Positions 40,349 to 50,619 of a stretch of DNA of 64,000 bases are shown piece by piece; within the stretch, counting starts at the first letter, position 1, and every line of letters starts with the position of its first letter. Below the pieces are notes generated by a model that ran no database searches, was not told the DNA's origin, and was given only the letters and a program-made list of their open reading frames with translations. The stretch comes from Bdellovibrionota bacterium (GTDB lineage: Bacteria; Bdellovibrionota_G; JALEGL01; DATDPG01). The stretch is from NCBI GenBank assembly GCA_963668355.1, contig OY764265.1, positions 2,112,001-2,176,000 of the forward strand, in the 5' to 3' direction. The translations under genes and the position numbers were made by a program.

Positions 40349-41152
40349 ATGGATACGTTGGTCGAGATTTATGTTTTTGTTTTTGGCTTGATGGTGGGGA
40401 GCTTTGTTAATGTATGCATCTACCGATTGCCGAAAGACTATTCTGTGGTCACCCCTCGTTCAGCTTGTACGAGATGTGGCAGTCGGATTGCTTGGTATGA
40501 CAATGTACCTGTTTTGAGTTTTCTGTGGCTTCGGGGAAGGTGTCGAAGCTGTGGAATCCCTTTTGGATTCATTTACCCCCTGATCGAGCTCTTGGTGGGA
40601 GGAACGGCTTTATATGTGTACTGGAAGCTCGGCCTTTCCCTTTTGAGTGCCTATGCATTTGTCTTGGCTGTTTCACTCATCATTGTCAGCGTCATTGATT
40701 TGCAGCATCGAATCATTCCAAATGTGATTTCGATCCCCGGAACCTGGATTGGTTTGGGAATGGCCATGTTGGCGGCTTGGCTCGGACTGGATTGGCCGGT
40801 GACCGTAAAACAATCCTTCCTGGGAATTCTCGTTGGAGGAGGCATCCTTTGGGCGGTGGGTTCTCTGTATGAAAAGATCACCGGTCGGGAAGGAATTGGC
40901 TTTGGGGATGTGAAGTTGTTGGCGTTATTCGGCGCGAACGTGGGCGTGTATGGCGTTATGACGGCCCTGATCTACGGTTCTTTTTTTGGGTCCATCATCG
41001 GTATTTTCATGATGATCTTTTTTGGAAAAGACCGGAAATATGCCATCCCATTTGGCCCTTTTCTCTGTCTTGGGCTTTGGGTGTATGTCACCTTTGGACA
41101 CCAAGCCATTGCAATTCCAATGCGTTTCCTGAGCGAGCTTTTCTCTGGGTAA
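40349..41152 (+). CDS. pilD: Prepilin peptidase PilD
   Basis: GSFVNVCIYRLP, CxxC...CxxC, IDL, GFGDVKL, IPFGPFL. Confidence 0.96.
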   Translation: MDTLVEIYVFVFGLMVGSFVNVCIYRLPKDYSVVTPRSACTRCGSRIAWYDNVPVLSFLWLRGRCRSCGIPFGFIYPLIELLVGGTALYVYWKLGLSLLSAYAFVLAVSLIIVSVIDLQHRIIPNVISIPGTWIGLGMAMLAAWLGLDWPVTVKQSFLGILVGGGILWAVGSLYEKITGREGIGFGDVKLLALFGANVGVYGVMTALIYGSFFGSIIGIFMMIFFGKDRKYAIPFGPFLCLGLWVYVTFGHQAIAIPMRFLSELFSG

Positions 41153-41156
41153 GGCG

Positions 41157-42935
41157 ATGCCAATGTCTTCAAAGTTTAATTTGAAGCATTTTCGAAATCT
41201 TCTTCCCTATCTCGGACTCTGGTTTCTGGTTGTTGGCGTGTTTTGGCCGTGTCGAAATTTTTCGTTTTTGAATTGGGACGATCCCATGATTTTGACATTG
41301 CATCCCTGGTATTCCCCGTTGAACGCGCGACACCTTTTGGAAATGTGGAATCCCTTTTCTCTCCTGGAAGGAAAGGCCGTCGCTTTTTCTCCTCTTCGAG
41401 ACATGAGTTATGCCTTGGACTACTGGCTTTGGGGAGGACTCTCCAGCAAAGGATTTCATCTCTCGAATGTTTTTCTTCATGCCACCAATGCCTTGCTGGC
41501 TTTTTGGGTGGCGACGCGGTTTCTTCCCAAAACACTGGCTTGGTTGACCGCCTTGCTTTGGGCTTGCCATCCGATGGTCGTCGAGCCCGTGGCTTGGGTT
41601 TCTTCGCGCAAAGATCTTCTCATGACGACCTTTGCCTTGGCGGGTCTCGCTTTTCTTTGTCAGAAGAAGCACCTTCACTATTTGGCCTTCGGGGTGGCGT
41701 CGATTTTCAGTAAATATGTTGGGTTGGTCTTGGGAATTTGGGGGCTTCTCCCTTCGTTTTCGAAAGGACATAAAAAAATCCGATGGGTCGGTTTGGCACT
41801 TCTGGTTTTAGGTGGGGGGATTGTGGGCTTTGCCATCTGGGCAAATCTAAAAAACAATCTTGTGATCACGGCCAATGAGGCTTCAGATTGGTGGAAAAAT
41901 TGGCCAGCGGCCTTTCAAGTCTTTCCCCATTATCTTTCCAAGGCCCTGTGGCCGGTTTCGTTATCGGCACGTTATGTTCAACAACCGTCTCTTGGGTGGG
42001 GCAGTTTTGATGTTTGGTTTGGCATATGCATCGTTGTGGGATGGGGGACCGCTTTGTGGAAGGCAAATCTTCCGAAGGGGGCTCGAATTGGACTTCTCAT
42101 TTTGGGGACGGCCCTTTTTCCTTATCTCCCGATTGTGCCGACCAATATTTGGATGGCGGATCGATATTTTTACTTGCCGTTATTTGGTTTGATTGTAGTG
42201 CTTGTGTCGTTTTTGAATCTCTGGGGAGAAAAATATAAATTCGCCATCATTTTTTTTGGTGTCTGTCTTGGAATGCTTTCCGTCACTGCGACTGTTCATC
42301 GACTTCCCGTTTGGAAAAGTTCTCTCGCACTATGGGGAGATACGGCTGAGCGTTCTCCGGAATTGTATTACGTATGGAGCAATTTGGCGGAGGCTCAGAA
42401 AGAATCTGGGGACTATCGGGGAGCTGAACACTCGTTTCGACAGGCAATCAGCTTGGCTCCACATTGGATCAAAGGTTCTTTGTTGTTAGGCTCTCTATAT
42501 GCCTTCTCAGGCAAACCCGATCGAGCAGCGACGTTGGTCAAAAAGTTTGAGACCAAAGCTTCCAAGCAAGAGCTTCAAGCCTCTCTCTCTGCACGCGGAA
42601 AAGTGTGGGCCCAATTGAAGGCGTTTGAAAAAGCTGAGCCGCTTCTCAAACAGGCTCTCGAACGTGGGCAGGATGTTCCTTTGACGATGGTGAACTTAGG
42701 AACGCTCTACATGCATACGGAGCGACCCGAAGAAGCTTTGAACATTTGGAGACGGGCGGGACAATTGCGTCCAGGATTGCCTGGGGCGCATTTGAATTTG
42801 GCGCGGTATTTTTTCTTGGAGAAAAATTGTCCGTCCATGAATCGCGAATTGAATTCGATGCGAGAAGCTTCCCTTAAAGAGCAAAGGGACGCCGTTTGGT
42901 TACGAAAACACTGTACGTTTTCAAAGGCGGACTAA
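41157..42935 (+). CDS. TMTC-like GT-C membrane glycosyltransferase with TPRs (copy 2)
   Basis: FLNWDD, FHLSNVFLH, HPMVVEPVAWVSSRKDLL, FSK, ADRYFYLP, VWKS, TPRs. Confidence 0.8.
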   Translation: MPMSSKFNLKHFRNLLPYLGLWFLVVGVFWPCRNFSFLNWDDPMILTLHPWYSPLNARHLLEMWNPFSLLEGKAVAFSPLRDMSYALDYWLWGGLSSKGFHLSNVFLHATNALLAFWVATRFLPKTLAWLTALLWACHPMVVEPVAWVSSRKDLLMTTFALAGLAFLCQKKHLHYLAFGVASIFSKYVGLVLGIWGLLPSFSKGHKKIRWVGLALLVLGGGIVGFAIWANLKNNLVITANEASDWWKNWPAAFQVFPHYLSKALWPVSLSARYVQQPSLGWGSFDVWFGICIVVGWGTALWKANLPKGARIGLLILGTALFPYLPIVPTNIWMADRYFYLPLFGLIVVLVSFLNLWGEKYKFAIIFFGVCLGMLSVTATVHRLPVWKSSLALWGDTAERSPELYYVWSNLAEAQKESGDYRGAEHSFRQAISLAPHWIKGSLLLGSLYAFSGKPDRAATLVKKFETKASKQELQASLSARGKVWAQLKAFEKAEPLLKQALERGQDVPLTMVNLGTLYMHTERPEEALNIWRRAGQLRPGLPGAHLNLARYFFLEKNCPSMNRELNSMREASLKEQRDAVWLRKHCTFSKAD

Positions 42936-43498
42936 CTCAATCCTTTGTAGCTATCTAAGACTTTCTGGATGTCTTGAAGCTTTTTCTCAAGCTGTTCGGC
43001 TTTTCCATCTCCCGCACTTCCACCTTTGATTTCTTTGGCTAGGTTCAAGGCTTCTTTTTGAGATTCTTGGATGGATTGAATGTCTGAACTCCAGGCCGAA
43101 ATGACTTCGTTCATTCCGTCTTGAACATCGATGAGATAATCCCATTTTCGAAATCTTAAGCGAGCATCCAGTTTTCGATCTCTCAAGTATCCAATCACGC
43201 GGTTTAATTGATGAGCCGGACCGACAATGTGATGACTAAAGAGGATGCTGACAACTCCAATGAAAATGGCCAAAAACACGAAAAGAGGCCATTTCCCAGC
43301 ATTCAATTGCACCAGTTCTTTGGCAATGGCCTGGTGGTCCGCAGCGCTATATTGGCTGAACATTTCGACAAACGGAGGCGCAAACAAGATCAAGGCAATC
43401 AAGGCCACAAGAAGGATGGCGTGTAGCACGACCTCTAAGGCGATGGAGATTTGAGCCCAACTATTAATGAACTTATGCGTACGACGTTCTGATGACAT
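42932..43498 (-). CDS. Two-TM protein with a HAMP-like linker and no evident output domain
   Basis: Two TMs, SHHIVGP...LRFRKWD, short coiled coil; GGAG RBS before ATG 43498. Confidence 0.7.
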   Translation of the reverse strand: MSSERRTHKFINSWAQISIALEVVLHAILLVALIALILFAPPFVEMFSQYSAADHQAIAKELVQLNAGKWPLFVFLAIFIGVVSILFSHHIVGPAHQLNRVIGYLRDRKLDARLRFRKWDYLIDVQDGMNEVISAWSSDIQSIQESQKEALNLAKEIKGGSAGDGKAEQLEKKLQDIQKVLDSYKGLS

Positions 43499-43656
43499 GT
43501 CTTCTCCTTGCGTCTTTATGTTCCATAAAAGCCTAACCCAGTTCTTTTCTTTTCGCCAAATTCTCAAGCACTTACAGAAACAGGCACATGTTAAAAAATT
43601 GAACAAAAGACTACGCAAAAATTGCGAGGTTTAAACGGTCTGGTAGTGTGAAGAAA

Positions 43657-45060
43657 ATGGCTAAAGGAAATGTGCTCATTGTGGATCGGGACATCGACCT
43701 CAAAAAGGGGTTGATGGTGCAGTTGAAGAAAGCTGGATTTGGCGTGAAAGAGGTGTCTACGGCCGCTGCGGCATTGGAGGCTTTGGACCAACACGAATTT
43801 GAAGCCATCTGTACCGAGTTAGGATTGGAAGATGTGGAAGGCGTGGAGTGGGTTTCCCAGTTGAAAGGAAAGAAGCAAGACCTTCCCATTTTTATCATGG
43901 CGCCTCTCAGTAAGCCAGAAGCCGCTTTGGATGTCATTAAGGCAGGGGCCTACGATTTTTTGCCCAAGCCGTTTGACCCGGAGGAGCTCATCTTAAAGCT
44001 TCGCGTTGGGCTGGAGAGAGAGAAAGCTCGGCGAAAATCCATCCGAGGAGATGTGGGAAATGTGGAAGGGCATGAGTTCTCCAGCATTGTCGCGAAAAGT
44101 CCTCAGATGAATGAAATTTTCAGCACCATTCGTAAAATTTCCGAATATAAAACGACGTGCCTGCTCATGGGGGAAAGTGGAACCGGAAAAGAGTTGGTGG
44201 CGCGCGCCATTCATGTGAATAGTTCCCGGAGAGATAGGCCTTTCATCACGGTCAACTGCGGGGCCATTCCGGAGAATTTGCTGGAAAGTGAATTGTTTGG
44301 ACACATCAAAGGGGCTTTTACGGGCGCCGTAAAATCGAAAAAAGGACTCTTTGAAGAAGCTCACAACGGTACACTTTTCTTGGATGAAATTGGGGAGTTG
44401 CCTCTGATTCTTCAAGTAAAACTTCTTCGGGCTCTCCAAGAAGAAGAAATCAGACGTGTGGGAGAAGCCAACTCCATTAAAGTCAATGTTCGAATCATTG
44501 CCGCCACCGTTCGGGATTTAGCCCGAGAAGTCGAACAGGGCACCTTCCGAGAAGACTTGTACTATCGCTTGCACGTATTGCCGATTTTCTTGCCTCCACT
44601 TCGGGATCGCACGGAAGATATCCCCATTCTCGTGAATCACTTCATCGACAAATACAATCGCAAACTTTCTTCCCAAGTGGATGAAGTCGATCCAAAAGTC
44701 ATGAAGCGTCTCATGGATCATGATTGGCCGGGAAATGTTCGTGAATTGGAAAATACGATCGAACGGGCCATGGTGCTGACATCGGGTTCTCGCATTCGCT
44801 TTGAAGATCTTCCCCTTGCTTTGAGAGAGTCGGTCGTTGGAGACAGCGGGGCCTTACGTTTTTCTGCCGATGAACTGTCCATTAAAAAAATGGGACGCAT
44901 GATGGAAGAGGAGTTGATTTCGAAAGCTCTGGCGCGATCTCAAGGAAATCGGACGAAGGCAGCAAAGTTATTGGAAATCAGTCATCGCGCGCTGCTCTAT
45001 AAGATCAAACGGTATAAGTTGGATGATTCTTCTCGTTCTTCGACGGATTCGGGAAGTTGA
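43657..45060 (+). CDS. Sigma-54 enhancer-binding protein with atypical receiver (PilR2-like position)
   Basis: GESGTGKE, GAFTGA, WPGNVRELEN, Fis HTH; REC has Glu at the phosphoacceptor position. Confidence 0.88.
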   Translation: MAKGNVLIVDRDIDLKKGLMVQLKKAGFGVKEVSTAAAALEALDQHEFEAICTELGLEDVEGVEWVSQLKGKKQDLPIFIMAPLSKPEAALDVIKAGAYDFLPKPFDPEELILKLRVGLEREKARRKSIRGDVGNVEGHEFSSIVAKSPQMNEIFSTIRKISEYKTTCLLMGESGTGKELVARAIHVNSSRRDRPFITVNCGAIPENLLESELFGHIKGAFTGAVKSKKGLFEEAHNGTLFLDEIGELPLILQVKLLRALQEEEIRRVGEANSIKVNVRIIAATVRDLAREVEQGTFREDLYYRLHVLPIFLPPLRDRTEDIPILVNHFIDKYNRKLSSQVDEVDPKVMKRLMDHDWPGNVRELENTIERAMVLTSGSRIRFEDLPLALRESVVGDSGALRFSADELSIKKMGRMMEEELISKALARSQGNRTKAAKLLEISHRALLYKIKRYKLDDSSRSSTDSGS

Positions 45061-45118
45061 TGCAATTCAACGAAATCATGTATAATCACTTTTTAACCCA
45101 TTGAATTTAAAGGAAAAC

Positions 45119-45790
45119 ATGAGGAACACGTCTTCTTCCGGTTTTACGTTGGTTGAAATCATGGTGGCCATGGTGGTGTTGGCCATTGGTTTGTTGGGGA
45201 TGGCAGCCATGACCGTCATGGTGATGAGAGGAAGTAAGGGAGCCAGTGATCTCACCTCGGCGACCAATATTTGCCAACTCAAAATTGAAGAATTGAAAGA
45301 TGTTGAGTTCTCCGATCTGGGTGAAAAAGAAGATGGGGTTGATACAGACGACGAGCTGATTCAGTTCGGTTCAAAATTCGGAAAAATGATTGAGGAAGCG
45401 GGGTTGAATGCCCAGGGCAAGACGAAGCAAGACTTGATTGATGAAGGCCTTTCCGCCGATGAGGCCGATGACCAAGGGCCTTTCAAGTTTCGACGTACCT
45501 TTGTGATCTGCAAATCCAGTGATTTCGATGATTCAACGGAAACATACAATTATTCCATCGGTCCCGTGTCTTTGCCTGCTGTGGACGAACCTCGTGCGGC
45601 GCCGGACTGTCGAGTGAACCCCATTTTGGAAAACACCCGTGTGCAATCCTTGATGTGTGAACCCAATGATATTGCCTTGGGGTATGGTTTGGATTCCGAA
45701 AAGAAGATCAAGGTTCTTTGCACGTGGACGGATCGAACGGGACAGTGTCACTCCGTACATTTGGACACTACGGTTGTTGATTTGAATTAA
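45119..45790 (+). CDS. Minor pilin / PilV-like prepilin-type protein
   Basis: SG|FTLVEIMVAMVVLAIGLLGMAAM. Confidence 0.8.
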   Translation: MRNTSSSGFTLVEIMVAMVVLAIGLLGMAAMTVMVMRGSKGASDLTSATNICQLKIEELKDVEFSDLGEKEDGVDTDDELIQFGSKFGKMIEEAGLNAQGKTKQDLIDEGLSADEADDQGPFKFRRTFVICKSSDFDDSTETYNYSIGPVSLPAVDEPRAAPDCRVNPILENTRVQSLMCEPNDIALGYGLDSEKKIKVLCTWTDRTGQCHSVHLDTTVVDLN

Positions 45791-45926
45791 GCTAGATTCG
45801 ATATCTTATTAAAATCATAGACTTATTTACGTTTTTTAGCCACAAGGGATCCGTTTGGCAATTGGGGTGGTCAGTGGTATAAGCCCCCGTTCTGATTGGA
45901 TTCTGATCTTCGAGGAGAGCATTTGA

Positions 45927-47186
45927 ATGAAGTTTGACAAAGTCACTCCCGATCCGAAGGGGCAAGTGATTGACGTAACTCAAACGGGGGAAGTTCGAAC
46001 CCCGGATTTTCCGATCATTCCGTTCATCGAAGGCGATGGAGTGGGGGCGGATATTTGGCGTGCCGCCAGGCCTGTCTTTGAGGCGGCCGTGGAGAAAGCC
46101 TTCTCGGGAAAACGAAAGGTTTCTTGGTTCGAAGTCTTTGCGGGCGAAAAAGCACAGTCCGCTTACAACGAACTCATTCCTGAAGATACCTTGAATGCGA
46201 TTCGCCATTACCATGTTGCGATCAAGGGTCCCCTGATGACACCGGTGGGAGGTGGCTTTCGAAGTCTTAACGTGACGCTGAGACAGATTTTTGACCTTTA
46301 TGCCTGTGTTCGGCCAGTGAAGTATTTTGAAGGCGTGCCAGCTCCTGTCAAACATCCGGAAAAGATTGATACGGTGGTTTTCCGAGAAAACACCGAAGAT
46401 GTTTATGCTGGAATTGAATGGCGTGCGGGAACTCCTGAGAATCAGAAGCTCACGGACTTCCTAAAAAGGGAATTGGGGGCAGAGATTCGAGAAGGAAGTG
46501 GGATTGGAATCAAACCCATCAGCTTAGTGGGTTCCAAGCGCTTGATCCGCAAGGCCATCGAATATGCCCTTCAAAATGGAAAGCGCTCCGTGACGTTGGT
46601 GCATAAGGGAAACATCCAAAAATACACCGAAGGAGCTTTTCGCGATTGGGGCTATGAATTGGCCCGAGAAGAATTTACGAATCAAACGGTAACCGAAAAA
46701 GAAGTTTGGGAGAAACATCAGGGGAGGCTTCCCGAGGGGAAAATCCTGATTCGGGATCGAATCGCCGATGCCATGTTTTTGGAACTCTTGATGAGGCCCG
46801 AGCAGTACGAAGTCATTGCCACCACCAACCTGAACGGGGATTATCTTTCAGACGCGTTGGTGGCGCAGGTCGGAGGCTTGGGACTGGCCCCAGGGGCAAA
46901 CCTCGGAACGCATCATGCCATTTTTGAAGCGACGCATGGGACGGCCCCGACCATTGCCGGTCAGGACAAAGCCAATCCTGGATCGTTGATTCTTTCAGGG
47001 GCTCTCATGTTTGAGTTCTTGGGATGGCCGGAGGTCGCCCGGATCATCGTTTCAAGTCTGGGAAGTACCATTCGTCAGGGGCGGGTGACCGAAGATTTAA
47101 GTCAAGAGATGGAAGCTTCCACGCGTTTGAGTTGTTCCGAATTCGGCCAAGCCGTGGTGGAGAACATAAAAGAGGAGCTTGAATGA
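45927..47186 (+). CDS. icd: NADP-dependent isocitrate dehydrogenase
   Basis: [47 protein letters not shown]. Confidence 0.97.
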   Translation: MKFDKVTPDPKGQVIDVTQTGEVRTPDFPIIPFIEGDGVGADIWRAARPVFEAAVEKAFSGKRKVSWFEVFAGEKAQSAYNELIPEDTLNAIRHYHVAIKGPLMTPVGGGFRSLNVTLRQIFDLYACVRPVKYFEGVPAPVKHPEKIDTVVFRENTEDVYAGIEWRAGTPENQKLTDFLKRELGAEIREGSGIGIKPISLVGSKRLIRKAIEYALQNGKRSVTLVHKGNIQKYTEGAFRDWGYELAREEFTNQTVTEKEVWEKHQGRLPEGKILIRDRIADAMFLELLMRPEQYEVIATTNLNGDYLSDALVAQVGGLGLAPGANLGTHHAIFEATHGTAPTIAGQDKANPGSLILSGALMFEFLGWPEVARIIVSSLGSTIRQGRVTEDLSQEMEASTRLSCSEFGQAVVENIKEELE

Positions 47187-48133
47187 TTAAGAAAAGAAGA
47201 AAAATAACCATTGTGGGTGCTGGAAACGTCGGATCCACGGCCGCTTTGTGGGCTGCTTTGAAGGCATTGGGTGATGTTGTTTTGGTGGACGTGGTGGAAG
47301 GTCTTCCACAAGGAAAAGCCTTGGATTTGCGTCAGGCGGCTCCCATCGGTGGATTTGACGTGAATATCTGTGGAACACAGAACTATAAAGATACAGCGGA
47401 CTCGGACATCGTCATCATTACGGCCGGTGTGGCTCGCAAGCCAGGAATGAAGCGAGAAGATTTGATCAAAATCAATGCAGGCATTGTGAAGAAGGTAACG
47501 GAAGAGTCCATCAAGTATTCTCCCAATGCTCATCTCTTGGTGGTTTCCAATCCCTTAGACGTCATGGTGTACACGGCGTATAAGACGGCGGGGCTCCCAC
47601 GAGAGCGTGTATATGGAATGGCGGGCGTTTTGGACACCACCCGTTTTCGAACATTATTGGCAGAAGCTTTGAATTGTTCTGTGGATGATGTGGTGGCTTG
47701 TGTATTGGGAACGCACGGAGAGACCATGGTTCCTTTGCCACGCTATTCAACGATGGCAGGAATTCCCATCACGAAACTGTTATCCAGACAGAAAATCAAT
47801 GAAATCATTGAGCGTACGCGAGATGGAGGCGCCGAAATCGTTCGGTTCTTAAAAACCGGTTCGGCTTTTTATGCCCCTTCGGCCTCTGTGATTGAAATGG
47901 CAGAGTCTGTTCTGTATGACCAGAAACGGATTCTTCCTGCCTGCTCTTGGTTAGAGGGTGAGTATGGCCTGAGAGATGTATGTCTGGGCGTGCCCATTCG
48001 CCTTGGTGGTGCCGGCGTGGAAGAGGTCATTGAAATCGAATTGGAACCGGATGAAAGAGAGTCCTTGCATAAAGCGGCGGATGCCGTCAAAGGCATGATG
48101 AGAGAAGCCGATAAATTTTTGAAAGAGAAATGA
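47183..48133 (+). CDS. mdh: Malate dehydrogenase (LDH-like)
   Basis: [35 protein letters not shown]. Confidence 0.96.
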   Translation: MIKKRRKITIVGAGNVGSTAALWAALKALGDVVLVDVVEGLPQGKALDLRQAAPIGGFDVNICGTQNYKDTADSDIVIITAGVARKPGMKREDLIKINAGIVKKVTEESIKYSPNAHLLVVSNPLDVMVYTAYKTAGLPRERVYGMAGVLDTTRFRTLLAEALNCSVDDVVACVLGTHGETMVPLPRYSTMAGIPITKLLSRQKINEIIERTRDGGAEIVRFLKTGSAFYAPSASVIEMAESVLYDQKRILPACSWLEGEYGLRDVCLGVPIRLGGAGVEEVIEIELEPDERESLHKAADAVKGMMREADKFLKEK

Positions 48134-49305
48134 TGAAAGTTCACGAATATCAAGCCAAAGCGTTGTTTCGAGAATATGGGTTGCCAACCTTAAAAGGAGA
48201 ATTGGCGACCACTCCCCAAGAAGCCGAGTCCGCAGTCAAGCGCATGGGAACGGAAGGTCCTTGGGTGGTTAAGGCCCAGGTCCACGCCGGGGGTCGAGGA
48301 AAAGGGGGAGGAATCAAGCTTTCCAAGACTTTGCAAGAAGTGGTCGAAAATGCGGAGACGATTCTTTCCAAACCTTTGGTGACCCCTCAAACGGGTCCCG
48401 AGGGACGAGAGGTAAAGAAACTCCTCATTGAAGAAGGCTGCAATATTGCCGATGAATTGTATTTGGCGGCGGTCCTGGATCGAGAAACCAATTCCATTGC
48501 CGTAATGGCCAGCCGAGAAGGGGGTGTTGAAATCGAAGAAGTCGCGGCGAAGCATCCTGAGAAGATCATTAAAGTACATGTGGATGCGGCCGTGGGCATC
48601 ACGCCTTTCCAGTCTCGAACCCTTGCTTTTGGATTGGAGTTAAAGAAAGAACTTCATAAACCCTTTGCGAAGTTGTTGTCGGGTTTGATGCGTCTCTTTC
48701 TCGAAAAAGATTGCTCCTTGGCTGAAATCAATCCCTTAGTCATTACAAAAGAAAATGAATGGATTGCTTTGGATGCCAAAATTAATTTTGACGACAACGC
48801 GCTCTACCGCCATCCGGAAATCGCTGAATTGGCGGACACGAGTGAAGAGAACCCCATCGATGTAGAGGCCGCCAAATGGGACCTCAACTACATACATTTG
48901 GATGGAAACATCGGATGCATGGTTAACGGCGCCGGTTTGGCCATGGCCACGATGGATATCATTAAGTTGGCGGGCGGAGAACCCGCGAACTTTTTGGATG
49001 TCGGCGGCGGGGCTTCTTCGGAAATGGTTGCGGAAGCCTTTAAACTTTTGGTTCGTGACCCGAAAGTCAAAGGCATCCTCGTGAATATTTTTGGTGGAAT
49101 TCTTCGATGCGATGTTCTCGCTCAAGGAATTGTGGATGCCGCTCGACAGATGGAATTGAACATTCCTCTGGTGGTTCGTCTAGAAGGAACCAACGTTGAA
49201 GAGGGCCGAAAGATTCTTCAAAGCTCGGGATTGGAGATCCAAACGGCCACGGACATGGCGGAAGCCGCTAGCTTAGCCGTTCAAGCCGTTGGAGGAAAAA
49301 GCTGA
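48130..49305 (+). CDS. sucC: Succinyl-CoA ligase beta subunit
   Basis: [39 protein letters not shown]. Confidence 0.98.
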   Translation: MMKVHEYQAKALFREYGLPTLKGELATTPQEAESAVKRMGTEGPWVVKAQVHAGGRGKGGGIKLSKTLQEVVENAETILSKPLVTPQTGPEGREVKKLLIEEGCNIADELYLAAVLDRETNSIAVMASREGGVEIEEVAAKHPEKIIKVHVDAAVGITPFQSRTLAFGLELKKELHKPFAKLLSGLMRLFLEKDCSLAEINPLVITKENEWIALDAKINFDDNALYRHPEIAELADTSEENPIDVEAAKWDLNYIHLDGNIGCMVNGAGLAMATMDIIKLAGGEPANFLDVGGGASSEMVAEAFKLLVRDPKVKGILVNIFGGILRCDVLAQGIVDAARQMELNIPLVVRLEGTNVEEGRKILQSSGLEIQTATDMAEAASLAVQAVGGKS

Positions 49306-50180
49306 TGTCGATTCTTGTGAATAAAGATTCAAATGTATTGGTGCAAGGAATCACAGGTTCCAATGGCCGTTTTCATGCGACCGCATGTTTGGAATACGGA
49401 ACCCGCATCGTGGCAGGGGTCACGCCCGGAAAGTCCGGACAAGAGGTAGAGGGAATTCCCGTCTACGATACTGTTGCCAAGGCTTGTGCAAGCCATCGAA
49501 TTGATGCAACGGCCATTTTTGTCCCTGCGGCCTTTGCGGCGGATGCAATTTATGAAGCGGCTGACTCCAATATTCCTCTCATTGTGTGCATCACAGAGGG
49601 AATTCCGACGTTGGATATGGCTCGTGTGAAACGACATTTGCAGGCCAAGGGCAGCCGATTGATTGGCCCCAACTGTCCGGGAATCATTACACCGGGAGGT
49701 GCCAAGATCGGAATCATGCCCGGATACATTCACCAACCCGGAAAAGTGGGCGTCATTTCCAGAAGTGGAACGTTGACGTATGAGGCCGTTCATCAACTGT
49801 CTGAGTTGGGTCTGGGACAATCGACCTGCATCGGAATCGGTGGAGATCCTATCGTAGGCTCTTTGTTTACTGATCTCATTCCTCTGTTCAATGAAGATCC
49901 GGATACGGAGGCCATTGTGATGATTGGTGAGATTGGCGGAACGGCAGAAGAAGATGCCGCGAAGTGGGTCAAAGAAAACGTGAAAAAACCCGTGATCGGA
50001 TTCATTGCGGGAATGACAGCTCCTCCGGGACGTCGGATGGGGCACGCGGGTGCAATTATTTCAGGTGGCAAAGGAACCGCTGCCGAAAAGAAAAAGGCCA
50101 TGAAGGAAGCCGGGATCCATGTTGTGGAAAGCCCAGCTGACATTGGCAAGACTGTATTACGTGTATTGAAAGGAAGTTAG
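49305..50180 (+). CDS. sucD: Succinyl-CoA ligase alpha subunit
   Basis: [27 protein letters not shown]. Confidence 0.98.
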   Translation: MSILVNKDSNVLVQGITGSNGRFHATACLEYGTRIVAGVTPGKSGQEVEGIPVYDTVAKACASHRIDATAIFVPAAFAADAIYEAADSNIPLIVCITEGIPTLDMARVKRHLQAKGSRLIGPNCPGIITPGGAKIGIMPGYIHQPGKVGVISRSGTLTYEAVHQLSELGLGQSTCIGIGGDPIVGSLFTDLIPLFNEDPDTEAIVMIGEIGGTAEEDAAKWVKENVKKPVIGFIAGMTAPPGRRMGHAGAIISGGKGTAAEKKKAMKEAGIHVVESPADIGKTVLRVLKGS

Positions 50181-50182
50181 AA

Positions 50183-50617
50183 GTGGCAATGGAACAAACA
50201 CTCTCGATTATTAAACCGGATGGCGTACGTAAACGACTCATTGGTGAAATTTTGGGTCGTTTTGAAAAAGCAGGGCTTCAGATTGCGGCCATGCAAATGA
50301 CGAATCTTTCCAAAAGAGAAGCAAAGGCTTTCTACGCGGTTCATCAAGAGAAACATTTTTTTGATAGCTTAACGGACTTCATGTCCTCCGGGCCCATCAT
50401 TGTGACCGTTCTTCGAGGCGAGAATGCCATTGCGAAGAACCGGGAACTGATGGGGGCGACAAACCCAAAAGAAGCCGCGGAAGGTACCATTCGAAGAGAT
50501 TTTGCGACGGAAGTCGAAAAAAACATCGTTCACGGTTCGGATGCTCCCGAGACGGCCGCAAAAGAGATTGGTTTCTTTTTTGACGAGTTGGCGGTTCTCC
50601 GTTCCAACCCGTTATAG
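50183..50617 (+). CDS. ndk: Nucleoside diphosphate kinase
   Basis: IIKPDG, GTIR, NIVHGSD. Confidence 0.98.
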   Translation: MAMEQTLSIIKPDGVRKRLIGEILGRFEKAGLQIAAMQMTNLSKREAKAFYAVHQEKHFFDSLTDFMSSGPIIVTVLRGENAIAKNRELMGATNPKEAAEGTIRRDFATEVEKNIVHGSDAPETAAKEIGFFFDELAVLRSNPL

Positions 50618-50619
50618 GT

